Source: an uncultured Candidatus Saccharibacteria bacterium (lineage in GTDB: Bacteria > Patescibacteriota > Minisyncoccia > Phycocordibacterales > PALSA-1337). Taken from it: a DNA stretch of 64,000 nt. Position numbers and translations under genes: made by a program. Location: NCBI GenBank assembly GCA_964389975.1, contig CAYMGJ010000001.1, forward strand, positions 22,240 to 86,239, read 5' to 3'. Positions 28,891 to 38,906 of this stretch are shown piece after piece; the first letter of the stretch is position 1, and every line of letters begins with the position of its first letter. The notes under the pieces were generated by a model that had not been told where the DNA came from, did no database searches, and saw only the letters and a list, made by a program, of their open reading frames with translations.

Positions 28891-29925
28891 ATGACAACGA
28901 TACAATTTAAACCAAAACAAGTAACCAAGAAACTGCTTTCAGTGCTTCCTGATCGTGCTCGTGATGTACTCATTAGTCGCTATGGTCTTGGTAAGAATAC
29001 CGACAAGATGACTCTTGATGCTATTGGTAAGACTTATGGTATTACCCGTGAGCGTGTACGACAGATTGAAAACTATGCACTTACGAATATTCGTAAGTCT
29101 GATGCATACAAATCTGAGAAATCATCTTTTGTTGGTCTTGAAGAAGCCCTTCATAGTCTTGGTGGTATCGTTGTTGAAGATGATTTCCTTGGACATATGT
29201 CAAAAGATGTATCTCTCCAGAATCATATCCATTTCATCCTCGTTGTGGGTGATACCTTTAAGAAACGAAAGGAAGATGATGATTTCAAGCATCGATGGCA
29301 TGTAAATGAAGAACTTGCTCGACAGGTTGAAGAATCTCTCAAGAAACTCTATTCAGGTCTTTCAAATGATGATCTCCTTCCAGAATCAGAAGTTCTCTCA
29401 AACTTCTTGAAGCATCTTGAAAATGTATCTGAGAAATACAAGAATCAGGAGATCATGAGACGATGGCTCGGACTTTCAAAGAATATTGCAAAGAATGCTC
29501 TTGGTGAATGGGGTGTTTCTTCATCTCCAAATGTTAAGGCGAAGGGAATGAGAGATTACGCTTTCCTTGTTATCAGAAAGCATGGATCTCCAATCCATTT
29601 CAAAGAGGTTGCAAAGCAGATTACTCAGGTGTTTAAGAAGAAGGCCCATGTTGCAACAACTCACAATGAACTTATCAAAGATCAACGTTTTGTACTTGTG
29701 GGACGAGGGCTCTATGCTCTTAAGGAATGGGGATATGTATCAGGAGTTGTTAAGGATGTTATCAAGAAGATTATAGAAAAGAATGGTCCTCTCACTCGAG
29801 AAGAGATCATCGACAAGGTTTTGAAAGAAAGATATGTAAAGGACAATACTATCATTGTGAATCTTCAGAATCAGAAATATTTTAAGAAAGACAAGGAAGG
29901 AAGATATCACATCGTAACTGAGTAA
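28891..29925 (+). CDS. Sigma70 region-4 HTH plus C-terminal winged HTH (HARE-HTH-like) protein
   Basis: RYGL...TLDAIGKTYGITRERVRQIE. Later PIHFKEV...HNELIKDQRFVLVGRGLYALKEWG. Confidence 0.8.
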   Translation: MTTIQFKPKQVTKKLLSVLPDRARDVLISRYGLGKNTDKMTLDAIGKTYGITRERVRQIENYALTNIRKSDAYKSEKSSFVGLEEALHSLGGIVVEDDFLGHMSKDVSLQNHIHFILVVGDTFKKRKEDDDFKHRWHVNEELARQVEESLKKLYSGLSNDDLLPESEVLSNFLKHLENVSEKYKNQEIMRRWLGLSKNIAKNALGEWGVSSSPNVKAKGMRDYAFLVIRKHGSPIHFKEVAKQITQVFKKKAHVATTHNELIKDQRFVLVGRGLYALKEWGYVSGVVKDVIKKIIEKNGPLTREEIIDKVLKERYVKDNTIIVNLQNQKYFKKDKEGRYHIVTE

Positions 29926-29985
29926 TACACAGAAAGCCCCGCAAGGGGTTTTTTGTATATTCTAAAAATGATATACTTTGTTGGT

Positions 29986-31149
29986 ATGATTGACTTACTC
30001 ATTTCTCTACTTGGATCAAGTATTACTCTTGTCTTCAGACTATCCGTTATCTGGTTCCCCCTTATCCTCCTGTATATCTTCTGTATATTGTGGGTACGCT
30101 ATGCACGTATGCATTTCCTTAACAGTCTTGAATGGGATCTCCTTGAAATACGGGTTCCTCAAGAAGTTTCTAAATCACCTCTTGCTATGGAGACCTTCCT
30201 TTCATTCCTGTATCAAACAGGTGGAGAAAAGAAGTTTAAGGACAAGTATATTAAAGGATCAGTACGTCCATACTTTTCACTTGAAATTGCTTCCATTGAA
30301 GGACAAGTTAAATTCTATATCTACACTCAGAAGAAATTTCGTAATTTCATAGAAACAGGTCTCTATGCGCAGTATCCTAATATTGAAATACATGATGCTC
30401 CTGACTATACCCGTTCAGTACATTTTGATGAAGAAAAGACTGAAATGTTCACCACGGAATACAAGCTTTCTCAGCCTGATCCATATCCGATAAAGACATA
30501 TGTTGATTATGGAATTGAGAATACTGCGGTAAAAGAAGAATTCAAGACGGATCCAATCAATACCATTGTTGAATTTATGGGTTCAATTGGTGCTAATCAG
30601 CAGTGTTGGATGCAGATTGTAATTCGTGCCCATAAGAAAGATCACAAGGAGGGTATATTTTCTGAACCCATTGATCTCTGGAAGAAACAGGCTAAGGATG
30701 AGATTAAGAAAATTAAGGAAGGGACAGTTACAAAGGAGGGGGATAGCAGTTTTGCAAATCCAACAAAGGGAGATATGGAGAAAATTTATGCAATTGAGAA
30801 AAGCGTATCTAAAATATCTTTTGATACTGGTATTCGAGTTGTGTATTGGGGAAAGAAAGGATTCTTTAATTCTGCAAACAAGAGTGGTGTATCCGCACTT
30901 CTCCGTGCATATAGCTCTCCAAATCTTAATAGCTTTGAAACTGAGAATGATGAGGATAATGATGCTCAAGGTCTTCTTGCATACAAAACTCGTAGTTTCT
31001 TCTACTATCCAATTATCGGCAAGAAAATTGTGCTTAATGTAGAAGAACTTGCTTCAATATTCCATCTTCCTGGCCAAGTTACTCAGACACCTACATTTGC
31101 TCGTATTCCTTCACGTAAATCAGAAGCTCCAAGTAATCTACCTATCTAA
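29986..31149 (+). CDS. Membrane-anchored hypothetical protein of CPR type
   Basis: N-terminal TM helix. LLEIRVP, FSLEIAS, YAQYP, YPIKTY and LNVEELASIFHLP motifs. Confidence 0.75.
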   Translation: MIDLLISLLGSSITLVFRLSVIWFPLILLYIFCILWVRYARMHFLNSLEWDLLEIRVPQEVSKSPLAMETFLSFLYQTGGEKKFKDKYIKGSVRPYFSLEIASIEGQVKFYIYTQKKFRNFIETGLYAQYPNIEIHDAPDYTRSVHFDEEKTEMFTTEYKLSQPDPYPIKTYVDYGIENTAVKEEFKTDPINTIVEFMGSIGANQQCWMQIVIRAHKKDHKEGIFSEPIDLWKKQAKDEIKKIKEGTVTKEGDSSFANPTKGDMEKIYAIEKSVSKISFDTGIRVVYWGKKGFFNSANKSGVSALLRAYSSPNLNSFETENDEDNDAQGLLAYKTRSFFYYPIIGKKIVLNVEELASIFHLPGQVTQTPTFARIPSRKSEAPSNLPI

Positions 31150-32105
31150 TGCCGTCATCTCCTCTTCGATTTGTCATATTTCTCACTACAAGCGCTGTTC
31201 TTGCATGTGCACTCCTTGTTACCTATGTATCTTTACCACCGCAAGATTTTCCCACAGTACAAACTGATGTGCATATAGGGGAGGAGATGAGTCTTTCGAG
31301 AGTAGCGTCTCAACTTTCTCAAGAACATATCATACGTTCACCTTTCCTGTACAAAGTTGCAACATATCTTGTTCCAGGTCATCGAAGTGTTCTTGCTGGT
31401 GACTATCGCTTTACCAAACCAGTATCGGTATGGGAGATTGCATACCGTATTTCAAATGGTGATCAAGGACTCCCTAAAATTAAAGTCACCATTCCTGAGG
31501 GTACCAATGTTCGTGATATGACTCTGATACTGATGAACAAAATTCCTGGTTTCAATGGACCTCAGTTCTATGGTCAAGCACAGAAATATGAAGGATACTT
31601 GTTTCCTGATACATACTTCTTTCTTTCAAATGTAAAACCAGAAACAGTGATACAAGAGATGAGGGATACCTTTGTTCTCCGAACCAAAGATCTTGAATCT
31701 TCCATACGTTCATTTAAATACAATCTGAAGGATATCGTTACTATGGCATCATTAGTTGAAGAAGAAGCTCATATTTACGAAGATCGTCGAATTGTTTCTG
31801 GAATACTATGGAAAAGACTTGAACGAGGTATGCTCCTTCAGGTTGATCCCCCCTTCTACTACATCACAGGAAAAACAGGTACTGTTACTTATGATGATTT
31901 GAAGATTGATTCTCCCTACAATACGTACAAATACAAGGGATTACCCCAGGGACCAATTAGTAATCCAGGACTTGAAGCTCTCAAGGCTACACTTAATCCC
32001 ATATCCACCCCATATTTCTTCTATTTGACTGGTAAGGATGGAAAGATGTACTATGCGGAAACATATGAAGGACATCTTCGGAACAAAAACAATCACCTTA
32101 GATAG
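31149..32105 (+). CDS. mltG: Endolytic transglycosylase
   Basis: TIPEG, EGYLFPDTY, ASLVEEE, SPYNTY..GLP.GPISNPG. Confidence 0.95.
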   Translation: MPSSPLRFVIFLTTSAVLACALLVTYVSLPPQDFPTVQTDVHIGEEMSLSRVASQLSQEHIIRSPFLYKVATYLVPGHRSVLAGDYRFTKPVSVWEIAYRISNGDQGLPKIKVTIPEGTNVRDMTLILMNKIPGFNGPQFYGQAQKYEGYLFPDTYFFLSNVKPETVIQEMRDTFVLRTKDLESSIRSFKYNLKDIVTMASLVEEEAHIYEDRRIVSGILWKRLERGMLLQVDPPFYYITGKTGTVTYDDLKIDSPYNTYKYKGLPQGPISNPGLEALKATLNPISTPYFFYLTGKDGKMYYAETYEGHLRNKNNHLR

Positions 32106-33183
32106 GGGGAAGAAGGTATATCTTGGCATGTCAGGCGGAGTTGATAGCTCTGTATCAGCTCTTCTCTTACAAAAAGCAGGATATGATGTCACAGGGGTTT
32201 TCATTAAGGTGTGGCAACCAGATTGGCCAGGAATGGAGAAGGTGTGTACATGGAGAGAAGATCGAAGAGATGCAATGAGAGTTGCTGCGCAACTTAATAT
32301 TCCATTTATAACTCTCGATCTTGAAAAGGAATACAAGGAATATGTTGTTGACTATATGATTTCAGAGTACAAGGCGGGGAGAACCCCTAATCCTGATATT
32401 ATGTGTAATCAATATGTGAAGTTTGGGGGATTTTTTGAATGGGCATTGGGACAAGGTGCTGATTATGTTGCTACAGGTCACTATGCTCAAATACAGAAGA
32501 ACGACGATACATATCATTTGGTACAGGGAGAAGATTCTACGAAAGATCAATCATATTTCCTATGGACACTTACCCAGAAACATCTCTCGAGAACTTTGTT
32601 TCCTGTTGGAACAATGGAAAAGAAGAAGGTACGTGAATATGCTGAGAAGTATAGTCTTGCAACTGCTCATAAGAAAGACAGTCAGGGACTATGCTTCATG
32701 GGGAAGATTGATATAAAGGAATTTCTTTCCCACTATATACCTCTACAGAGGGGTGTTGTTCGTAATGAAAAAGGTGAGATTATAGGACATCATGATGGTG
32801 CTCTCTTCTTTACCATTGGAGAACGACATGGTTTTACCGTTACAGAAAAAACTCCTCATGACACTGCATACTATGTCATTTCGAAAGATATTGAGCGTAA
32901 TGAACTTGTCGTATCCCACAAGACACATGAGGGGAATTTAGCACATACTGCACGAGAAGCTGTACTCAAGGATATATGCTGGAATCAAGGTGTACGACCT
33001 CAAGGGAAACAACTTACTGCACGCTCACGATATCGAGAGAAATTACAATCAGTTACAGTAACAGAACATGATCATATTGTTTTCACTCATGATCAAAGTA
33101 CCCTTACGGTAGGGCAATCGATTGTTGTCTATGAAGGCACTCTTTGTCTCGGTGGAGGAATTATTTCCGAAGTGATACAATAG
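32065..33183 (+). CDS. mnmA: tRNA 2-thiouridine(34) synthase
   Basis: MSGGVDSS, TPNPDIMCN, ATGHYA, KDQSYFL, DSQGLCF. Start is uncertain because it overlaps the mltG end. Confidence 0.95.
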   Translation: MKDIFGTKTITLDRGKKVYLGMSGGVDSSVSALLLQKAGYDVTGVFIKVWQPDWPGMEKVCTWREDRRDAMRVAAQLNIPFITLDLEKEYKEYVVDYMISEYKAGRTPNPDIMCNQYVKFGGFFEWALGQGADYVATGHYAQIQKNDDTYHLVQGEDSTKDQSYFLWTLTQKHLSRTLFPVGTMEKKKVREYAEKYSLATAHKKDSQGLCFMGKIDIKEFLSHYIPLQRGVVRNEKGEIIGHHDGALFFTIGERHGFTVTEKTPHDTAYYVISKDIERNELVVSHKTHEGNLAHTAREAVLKDICWNQGVRPQGKQLTARSRYREKLQSVTVTEHDHIVFTHDQSTLTVGQSIVVYEGTLCLGGGIISEVIQ

Positions 33184-33188
33184 GGGGC

Positions 33189-34034
33189 ATGAATCATTTG
33201 ATTACAATTACGAAAGCGGATGGAACTCGTGAATTATTCGAAGAAAGTAAGCTGGTTGAATCTCTCAGGAATGCAGGAGGTTCTGATGATATTATCGAGG
33301 AGATAATTAATCATGTTGCTAAGGAAATGTGGGATGGAATGCCTACAAGTGAGATATATTCTCGCGCATTCAAGCTTTTGCGAAGTCATTCGATGCCTTT
33401 GGCGGTAAAATATTCTCTTCGTCGAGCTCTCTCTGAACTCGGTCCTGATGGATTTCCTTTTGAAAAGTATGTATCTCGTATTTTTGAGGCATGGGGATAC
33501 TCAACTCTTGTTGATCAAACCGTACCTGGTGTATGTGTTCCTCATGAAGTTGATGTTGTTGCATGGAACAAAGAAAAACTCCTTATGGTTGAAGCAAAAT
33601 TTCATAATGAACTTGGTCTTAAGTCAGATCTTAAGGTTGCTCTGTACATCAAAGCTCGCTTTGATGATCTTCGAGGAAATATGTTTGATTATGGAGGGGT
33701 TGTACGTAAGCTTGATGAGGGATGGCTCATCACTAATACCAAGTTTACCGAACAAGCAATACACTATGGTGAGTGTAATGGTGTGAAGATGCTTGGTTGG
33801 AACTATCCTAAGAAGGGTAATCTTCAGGATATCATTGAAGAACTTCGATTACACCCCTCTACTTGCCTTATAAGTCTTTCAAATGAGTCAAAACGTGCTC
33901 TTTTGACTAAAGGTGTGGTACTATGCATGGATATTTACAAGCGACCACAGATTCTCTCTGAAATTGGCATGAGTCAAGCAGATGCAGAAGAAGTGTTAAC
34001 AGAAGTACGAAGCGTATGCGGAATCGAACAGTAA
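33189..34034 (+). CDS. ATP-cone plus Mrr-like PD-(D/E)XK nuclease domain protein
   Basis: ITKADGTRELF..SKL ATP-cone. GFPFEKYV, EVDVVA, VEAKFH, LITNTKFT. Confidence 0.8.
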   Translation: MNHLITITKADGTRELFEESKLVESLRNAGGSDDIIEEIINHVAKEMWDGMPTSEIYSRAFKLLRSHSMPLAVKYSLRRALSELGPDGFPFEKYVSRIFEAWGYSTLVDQTVPGVCVPHEVDVVAWNKEKLLMVEAKFHNELGLKSDLKVALYIKARFDDLRGNMFDYGGVVRKLDEGWLITNTKFTEQAIHYGECNGVKMLGWNYPKKGNLQDIIEELRLHPSTCLISLSNESKRALLTKGVVLCMDIYKRPQILSEIGMSQADAEEVLTEVRSVCGIEQ

Positions 34035-35839
34035 ATCAATTTCTTGAGTATATAAATACAACACATCATCGATTACATAGTGCCTATGAGAAGGCTTTTT
34101 GGGTGTCATATATGGGAGACCATAGTGTCGACAAGAAGAAGGATAGGGCACAAGAGAAGCGTGATGCTTTCCGTTCTAATGCACAGCTCAAAGCTGAGCT
34201 TGAATTACATTTAAAGAAAGCTCGATCACAGAAGAAGAAGGCTCTCATAAAGAGATTGGAAATTTGGAACAATTTCTTCTCTCTGTTTCAGATTCCCGCT
34301 CATGCTGTTCCTCTACGAAACAAGGCGAGAGAGATAGAGTCAAAGATTGAAGATATACGATCAAAGCGTAAGGAGGGATATACCGATCCTTCTTCTGGTG
34401 TCTTTGTTGAAGCATCGGAGAACAAAATGCGTACCATAATGCGTACTCATTCAGATGAAGCTGTGCGTAAGGCTTGTTTTGAGGCAATGGAAAAGCTTCC
34501 TCTCGATACTCTCGACCTCTATGTGGAATTGATAGAGGTGCGTAATGAATATGCTCGATTGCTCGGATACGAAGATTTCTATGATTACAAGATACATCTT
34601 GATGAGGGTATGTCGAAGAAAGAACTCTTTTCTATATTCGATACCATCTACGAAAAGACAAAATATGCATATGCATCACTACGAGAGTTGGAGAAAGAGA
34701 TGCCTGGACTTCGTAAGCCTTGGAACTTCTCATATATGCTTACCGGTGATTTTACTCGTGAAGAGGATCAGTATTTCTCATTTGAAAATGTTCTTTCATA
34801 CTGGGGAAGATCATTCGCAGCTCTGGGTATAGACTATCAGAAAGGTAGTTTAGTTCTCGATCTTGTCGATCGAAAAGGTAAGTACAATAACGGGTTTTGT
34901 CACTATCCAACTCTTGTACACATGAAGGGTTCAAAACTTATGCCAGGATCTGCTCAATTCACGTCGAATGCAGTTCCAGGACAGGTGGGGTCAGGTAATG
35001 CTGGTATTCAGACTGTATTTCATGAAGCAGGACATGCAGCTGATCGTCTCAATTCAGTACAAGTAGAGACATGTATCAATACCGAGTATCCACCATCAAC
35101 CGTATCATGGGCTGAAACCCATAGTCAGTTTATGGACACTATTTCATCAAGTATTGAATGGAAAATGCGTTATGCGCACAATGAAAAAGGTGAGGCATAT
35201 CCTTTTTCTCTCTATGAAAAAAAGGTTAAGAAAAATCATGTACTTACACCCCTCTACATGAGTAGTATTCATTTTGTGGTTGAATTCGAACGACATATAT
35301 ATGAATGTAAGAATCTTACCCGTGATTTTGTTATCAATTGTGCTCGAGAAATGCATAGGAAGTTCTTTGATCGAGATGGCGATGGTCTCACTGCACTTAA
35401 TATTCCCCACATATATTCATGGGAAAGTTCCGCATACTATCATGGATACGGATTAGCTGATCTCATGGTATCTCAGTGGAGAGAGTATTTCTTCAAAAAA
35501 TATGGCTATATCGTAGACAATCCTAAGGTAGGGAAGGAGATGAAAAAGGCATGGGAATATGGTTCTCTCTTCACATCGAGGGAGAGTATACGACGTGCAA
35601 CAGGAAAAGAACTCTCAAGTGATGCATTTCTTCGTGATGTCACCCTTTCATATGATCAGATGATTGCCCGTGCAAAGAAGAGAATATCTGCGCTTAAAAA
35701 AGTACCCCTCTTTACAAAGCCTATACGTCTTAATGCTCGTATCACCATGATGCATGGAAAGAAGAAAATTGCTGACAACACAAAGAGTTTTGAAGATATG
35801 GATGAGAAGTACAAGAAGTGGTTGAAAACTTTAAGGTAG
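34016..35839 (+). CDS. M3-family metallopeptidase
   Basis: DRKGKYNNGFC, HEAGH (HExxH), AETHS third ligand, H....AYY. Confidence 0.8.
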   Translation: MRNRTVNQFLEYINTTHHRLHSAYEKAFWVSYMGDHSVDKKKDRAQEKRDAFRSNAQLKAELELHLKKARSQKKKALIKRLEIWNNFFSLFQIPAHAVPLRNKAREIESKIEDIRSKRKEGYTDPSSGVFVEASENKMRTIMRTHSDEAVRKACFEAMEKLPLDTLDLYVELIEVRNEYARLLGYEDFYDYKIHLDEGMSKKELFSIFDTIYEKTKYAYASLRELEKEMPGLRKPWNFSYMLTGDFTREEDQYFSFENVLSYWGRSFAALGIDYQKGSLVLDLVDRKGKYNNGFCHYPTLVHMKGSKLMPGSAQFTSNAVPGQVGSGNAGIQTVFHEAGHAADRLNSVQVETCINTEYPPSTVSWAETHSQFMDTISSSIEWKMRYAHNEKGEAYPFSLYEKKVKKNHVLTPLYMSSIHFVVEFERHIYECKNLTRDFVINCAREMHRKFFDRDGDGLTALNIPHIYSWESSAYYHGYGLADLMVSQWREYFFKKYGYIVDNPKVGKEMKKAWEYGSLFTSRESIRRATGKELSSDAFLRDVTLSYDQMIARAKKRISALKKVPLFTKPIRLNARITMMHGKKKIADNTKSFEDMDEKYKKWLKTLR

Positions 35840-35875
35840 TTTTCTCTTGTCTTTTCTTGTGCTAAACTCATTTTT

Positions 35876-37678
35876 ATGAACACATCGTTATCAAGTTCTC
35901 AAATACGTGAAAGATTCTTAGCTTTCTTCGAAAAAAGAGGTCATACCATCATTCCTTCAGCTTCTCTTGTTACCCCTGATGAAAAGGGTATTACTAATTC
36001 AACTCTTTTTAATACTGCAGGTATGCAGCCACTTGTTCCATATCTTCTTGGAAAACCACATCCTCAAGGTACTCGTCTTGTTGATGTTCAAAAATGTATT
36101 CGTACTGTCGATATTGATGATATTGGTGACAAAACTCATGCAACTTTCTTTGAGATGTTGGGAAACTGGTCTCTTGGTGACTATTTCAAACAAGATGCTA
36201 TACAGTGGAGTTTTGAATTTCTTACGTCTCAAGAAGAGGGACTTGGTCTTGATCCACAGAGACTCTATGTAACTGTTTTTGAGGGTGATGAGAATGCTCT
36301 TCGAGACACTGAGGCAGCTCAAATCTGGACTGATATATTCATGAAGAAGGGTATAGAGGGTAATCGTATATTCTTCTTGCCGAAAGAGAATAACTGGTGG
36401 CAAGCAGGGGACAATGGTCCTTGTGGTCCTGATACTGAAATGTTCTATGATGTAACCAATCGCTTCAAGGGACGAGGAATTACTCATGAAGAATATCTCT
36501 CTGCAGATGAATCTCGTGATCTTATCGAGATATGGAATGATGTCTTTATGCAGTATGAGAAGAAAGATGGTCTCATCATCGGTAAGTTACCTAAACCTTC
36601 AGTCGATACAGGAGCTGGTCTTGAGCGTCTCTCAATGCTTCTTCAGGGAGCTCTTTCAATATATGAGACAGATCTCTTTTCAAAGATTATGGAGATTACG
36701 AGTACCCTTGCATCAGATGTTTCAAGACAGAGAATCATTGCAGACCATATGCGTTCTGCTACATTTCTCATAGCTGATGGTGTCGTTCCTTCGAATACAG
36801 GTCGGGGATATGTCTTGAGACGATTGATACGAAAATCAGTATACGTAACTGAACACAAGCATCTCTTAAAAGAAAAAATACAACCCATCATTACCGCAAT
36901 TTCTCAGATATACGCTACTGCATATCCAGATATACAGAACAAGTATGATGTCATCGTCGATGAGATATCTAAAGAAGTTACTAAGTTCGATGAAACTCTC
37001 ATTTTGGGACTTCGTGAGTTTTCAAAATTAAAAGGAGATGAAATATCTGGAAAAGAAGCGTTCATTCTCTTCTCTACCCATGGATTCCCTCTCGAGTTAA
37101 CGGTAGACCATGCTCGATCTCAGGGAAAAACTGTTGATATTGAGGGATTCAAAAGAGAACTTCAGGCTCATCAAGATCTCTCTCGTACAGGTGCAGAAAA
37201 GAAATTCAAGGGAGGACTTGCTGATACGAGTGAGATATCAGTTCGATACCACACAGCAACTCATCTTCTCCATCAGGCACTTCATGATGTTCTCGGTGGG
37301 CATATAGCTCAGAAGGGGTCAAATATTACCCCAGAACGTCTCCGTTTCGACTTTTCTCATACAGCAAAATTGACTGATGAAGAGAAAAAGAAGGTTGAGG
37401 ATATCGTGAATGAGAAGATACAGGCATCATTACCTGTTCAGAATATCATTCTCCCTAAAGAACAGGCTCTCGCTACGGGTGCACGACATTTTTTTGGTGA
37501 AAAATATGGTGACGAAGTTTCGATATACTTCATAGGTAATGATATTGAGCATGCATATTCAAAGGAATTTTGTGGAGGTCCTCATGTTACAAATACATCT
37601 GAATTAGGAACATTTAAGATTCAAAAGGAAGAAGCTGTGGGAGCAGGGGTGAGGAGGATAAAGGCGGTACTTTTGTAA
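35876..37678 (+). CDS. alaS: Alanine--tRNA ligase (short form without C-Ala)
   Basis: FNTAGMQP, FEMLGNWS, DTGAGLER, HTATHLL, CGGPH. Confidence 0.97.
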   Translation: MNTSLSSSQIRERFLAFFEKRGHTIIPSASLVTPDEKGITNSTLFNTAGMQPLVPYLLGKPHPQGTRLVDVQKCIRTVDIDDIGDKTHATFFEMLGNWSLGDYFKQDAIQWSFEFLTSQEEGLGLDPQRLYVTVFEGDENALRDTEAAQIWTDIFMKKGIEGNRIFFLPKENNWWQAGDNGPCGPDTEMFYDVTNRFKGRGITHEEYLSADESRDLIEIWNDVFMQYEKKDGLIIGKLPKPSVDTGAGLERLSMLLQGALSIYETDLFSKIMEITSTLASDVSRQRIIADHMRSATFLIADGVVPSNTGRGYVLRRLIRKSVYVTEHKHLLKEKIQPIITAISQIYATAYPDIQNKYDVIVDEISKEVTKFDETLILGLREFSKLKGDEISGKEAFILFSTHGFPLELTVDHARSQGKTVDIEGFKRELQAHQDLSRTGAEKKFKGGLADTSEISVRYHTATHLLHQALHDVLGGHIAQKGSNITPERLRFDFSHTAKLTDEEKKKVEDIVNEKIQASLPVQNIILPKEQALATGARHFFGEKYGDEVSIYFIGNDIEHAYSKEFCGGPHVTNTSELGTFKIQKEEAVGAGVRRIKAVLL

Positions 37679-37709
37679 AAAAAATATATGATATACTAAT
37701 GTGTATCAT

Positions 37710-38891
37710 ATGGCATTGTTCTCTCACACGACAACGGAAGAACTCTCACTTCTCATCGATATACAGAGTGGTCTTGTACGAGGCTCGCTCATTTCATTTA
37801 AGAAAAACACTGCTCCTCATATTATCTTCGTAGCAACTCGAGCTATTCCTCGGAAAGAAAAGACTTCAAGTGAGCAATTGACGAATGATATGCTCGTGGC
37901 TGTACGAGATATTGTTGAATTGCTTGGAATCGAGGGTGTTGAACGTGCTCAATCACTTGGTTTTAACAAGAGAGATCTTAAGGATATTCATTATGTTCTT
38001 TCTTCGCCGTGGGTTATGTCAGAGTCAAAAACTATTCATGTAGTATTTGATACAGAAACAAGTGTTTCAGAGAAGTTGATCAATACCATTGTCGACAAAG
38101 AGAAGATTCATCTCAAGGATGATTTTAAAGAAGGACTTGAACAGAATGGTGGACTTCAGGATCTTGTCTGTATGGAACAGAAGATATTTGAAATCAAACT
38201 CAATGGGTATCGTGTTGAGGAGTATATAGGGAGAAAAACACATGCAATTGATATTTCTTTTGCATCTACCTTATGTTCAGGAAGTCTTCTTGAGAAAATA
38301 CATTCATGTGTACAGTCAGTTCTTCATATCAAGAAGCATTCTTTCCACTCATCTCTTCTCCTCTACTTCGCTTCTCTACGACTCATTGTGGGTAACAGGG
38401 ATGAATTCATATCGATACATGTTCACAGTGAATTAACTGATATTGTTGTTGTGAAGAGATCTACCTGTGCATATATCGCTTCATTTCCTTTCGGTACGAA
38501 TACTCTGAGTCGAAAGGTTGCTCTGATTAACAAGTCATCTATAACTGAAGCAGATTCAGTACTCTCTCTTCTCTATGGAAAAAAACTTGAAGAACATGAG
38601 GAGTACCGAGTGGGTAAAATCATAGATCCTGTACTCACAGAATGGCATGAGCAATGTCTTGCGTGCATTGAGGCTCTTGGTGAGCGTACCATCATTCCTA
38701 ATGTTGTATATCTCTCATCACATGATCATTTCGAAGTATTTAAGGAATTGCTGATTCATAGGAATAGCTATACATTTGAAATTCTTCCTTTCGATGAAAC
38801 TCTCATGACAGATCTTGTTGTATTTGAAAAAACGGCTGAACACAATCCACTGGTATCAGCATATGCACTTGCATTGAAGGATATGATATAA
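37710..38891 (+). CDS. Divergent FtsA/actin-like fold protein
   Basis: LLIDIQSGLVRG at the N-terminus. ELTDIVV and SFPFGTNTL in the second lobe. Confidence 0.55.
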   Translation: MALFSHTTTEELSLLIDIQSGLVRGSLISFKKNTAPHIIFVATRAIPRKEKTSSEQLTNDMLVAVRDIVELLGIEGVERAQSLGFNKRDLKDIHYVLSSPWVMSESKTIHVVFDTETSVSEKLINTIVDKEKIHLKDDFKEGLEQNGGLQDLVCMEQKIFEIKLNGYRVEEYIGRKTHAIDISFASTLCSGSLLEKIHSCVQSVLHIKKHSFHSSLLLYFASLRLIVGNRDEFISIHVHSELTDIVVVKRSTCAYIASFPFGTNTLSRKVALINKSSITEADSVLSLLYGKKLEEHEEYRVGKIIDPVLTEWHEQCLACIEALGERTIIPNVVYLSSHDHFEVFKELLIHRNSYTFEILPFDETLMTDLVVFEKTAEHNPLVSAYALALKDMI

Positions 38892-38906
38892 TAGAGAAAA
38901 ATTGTT

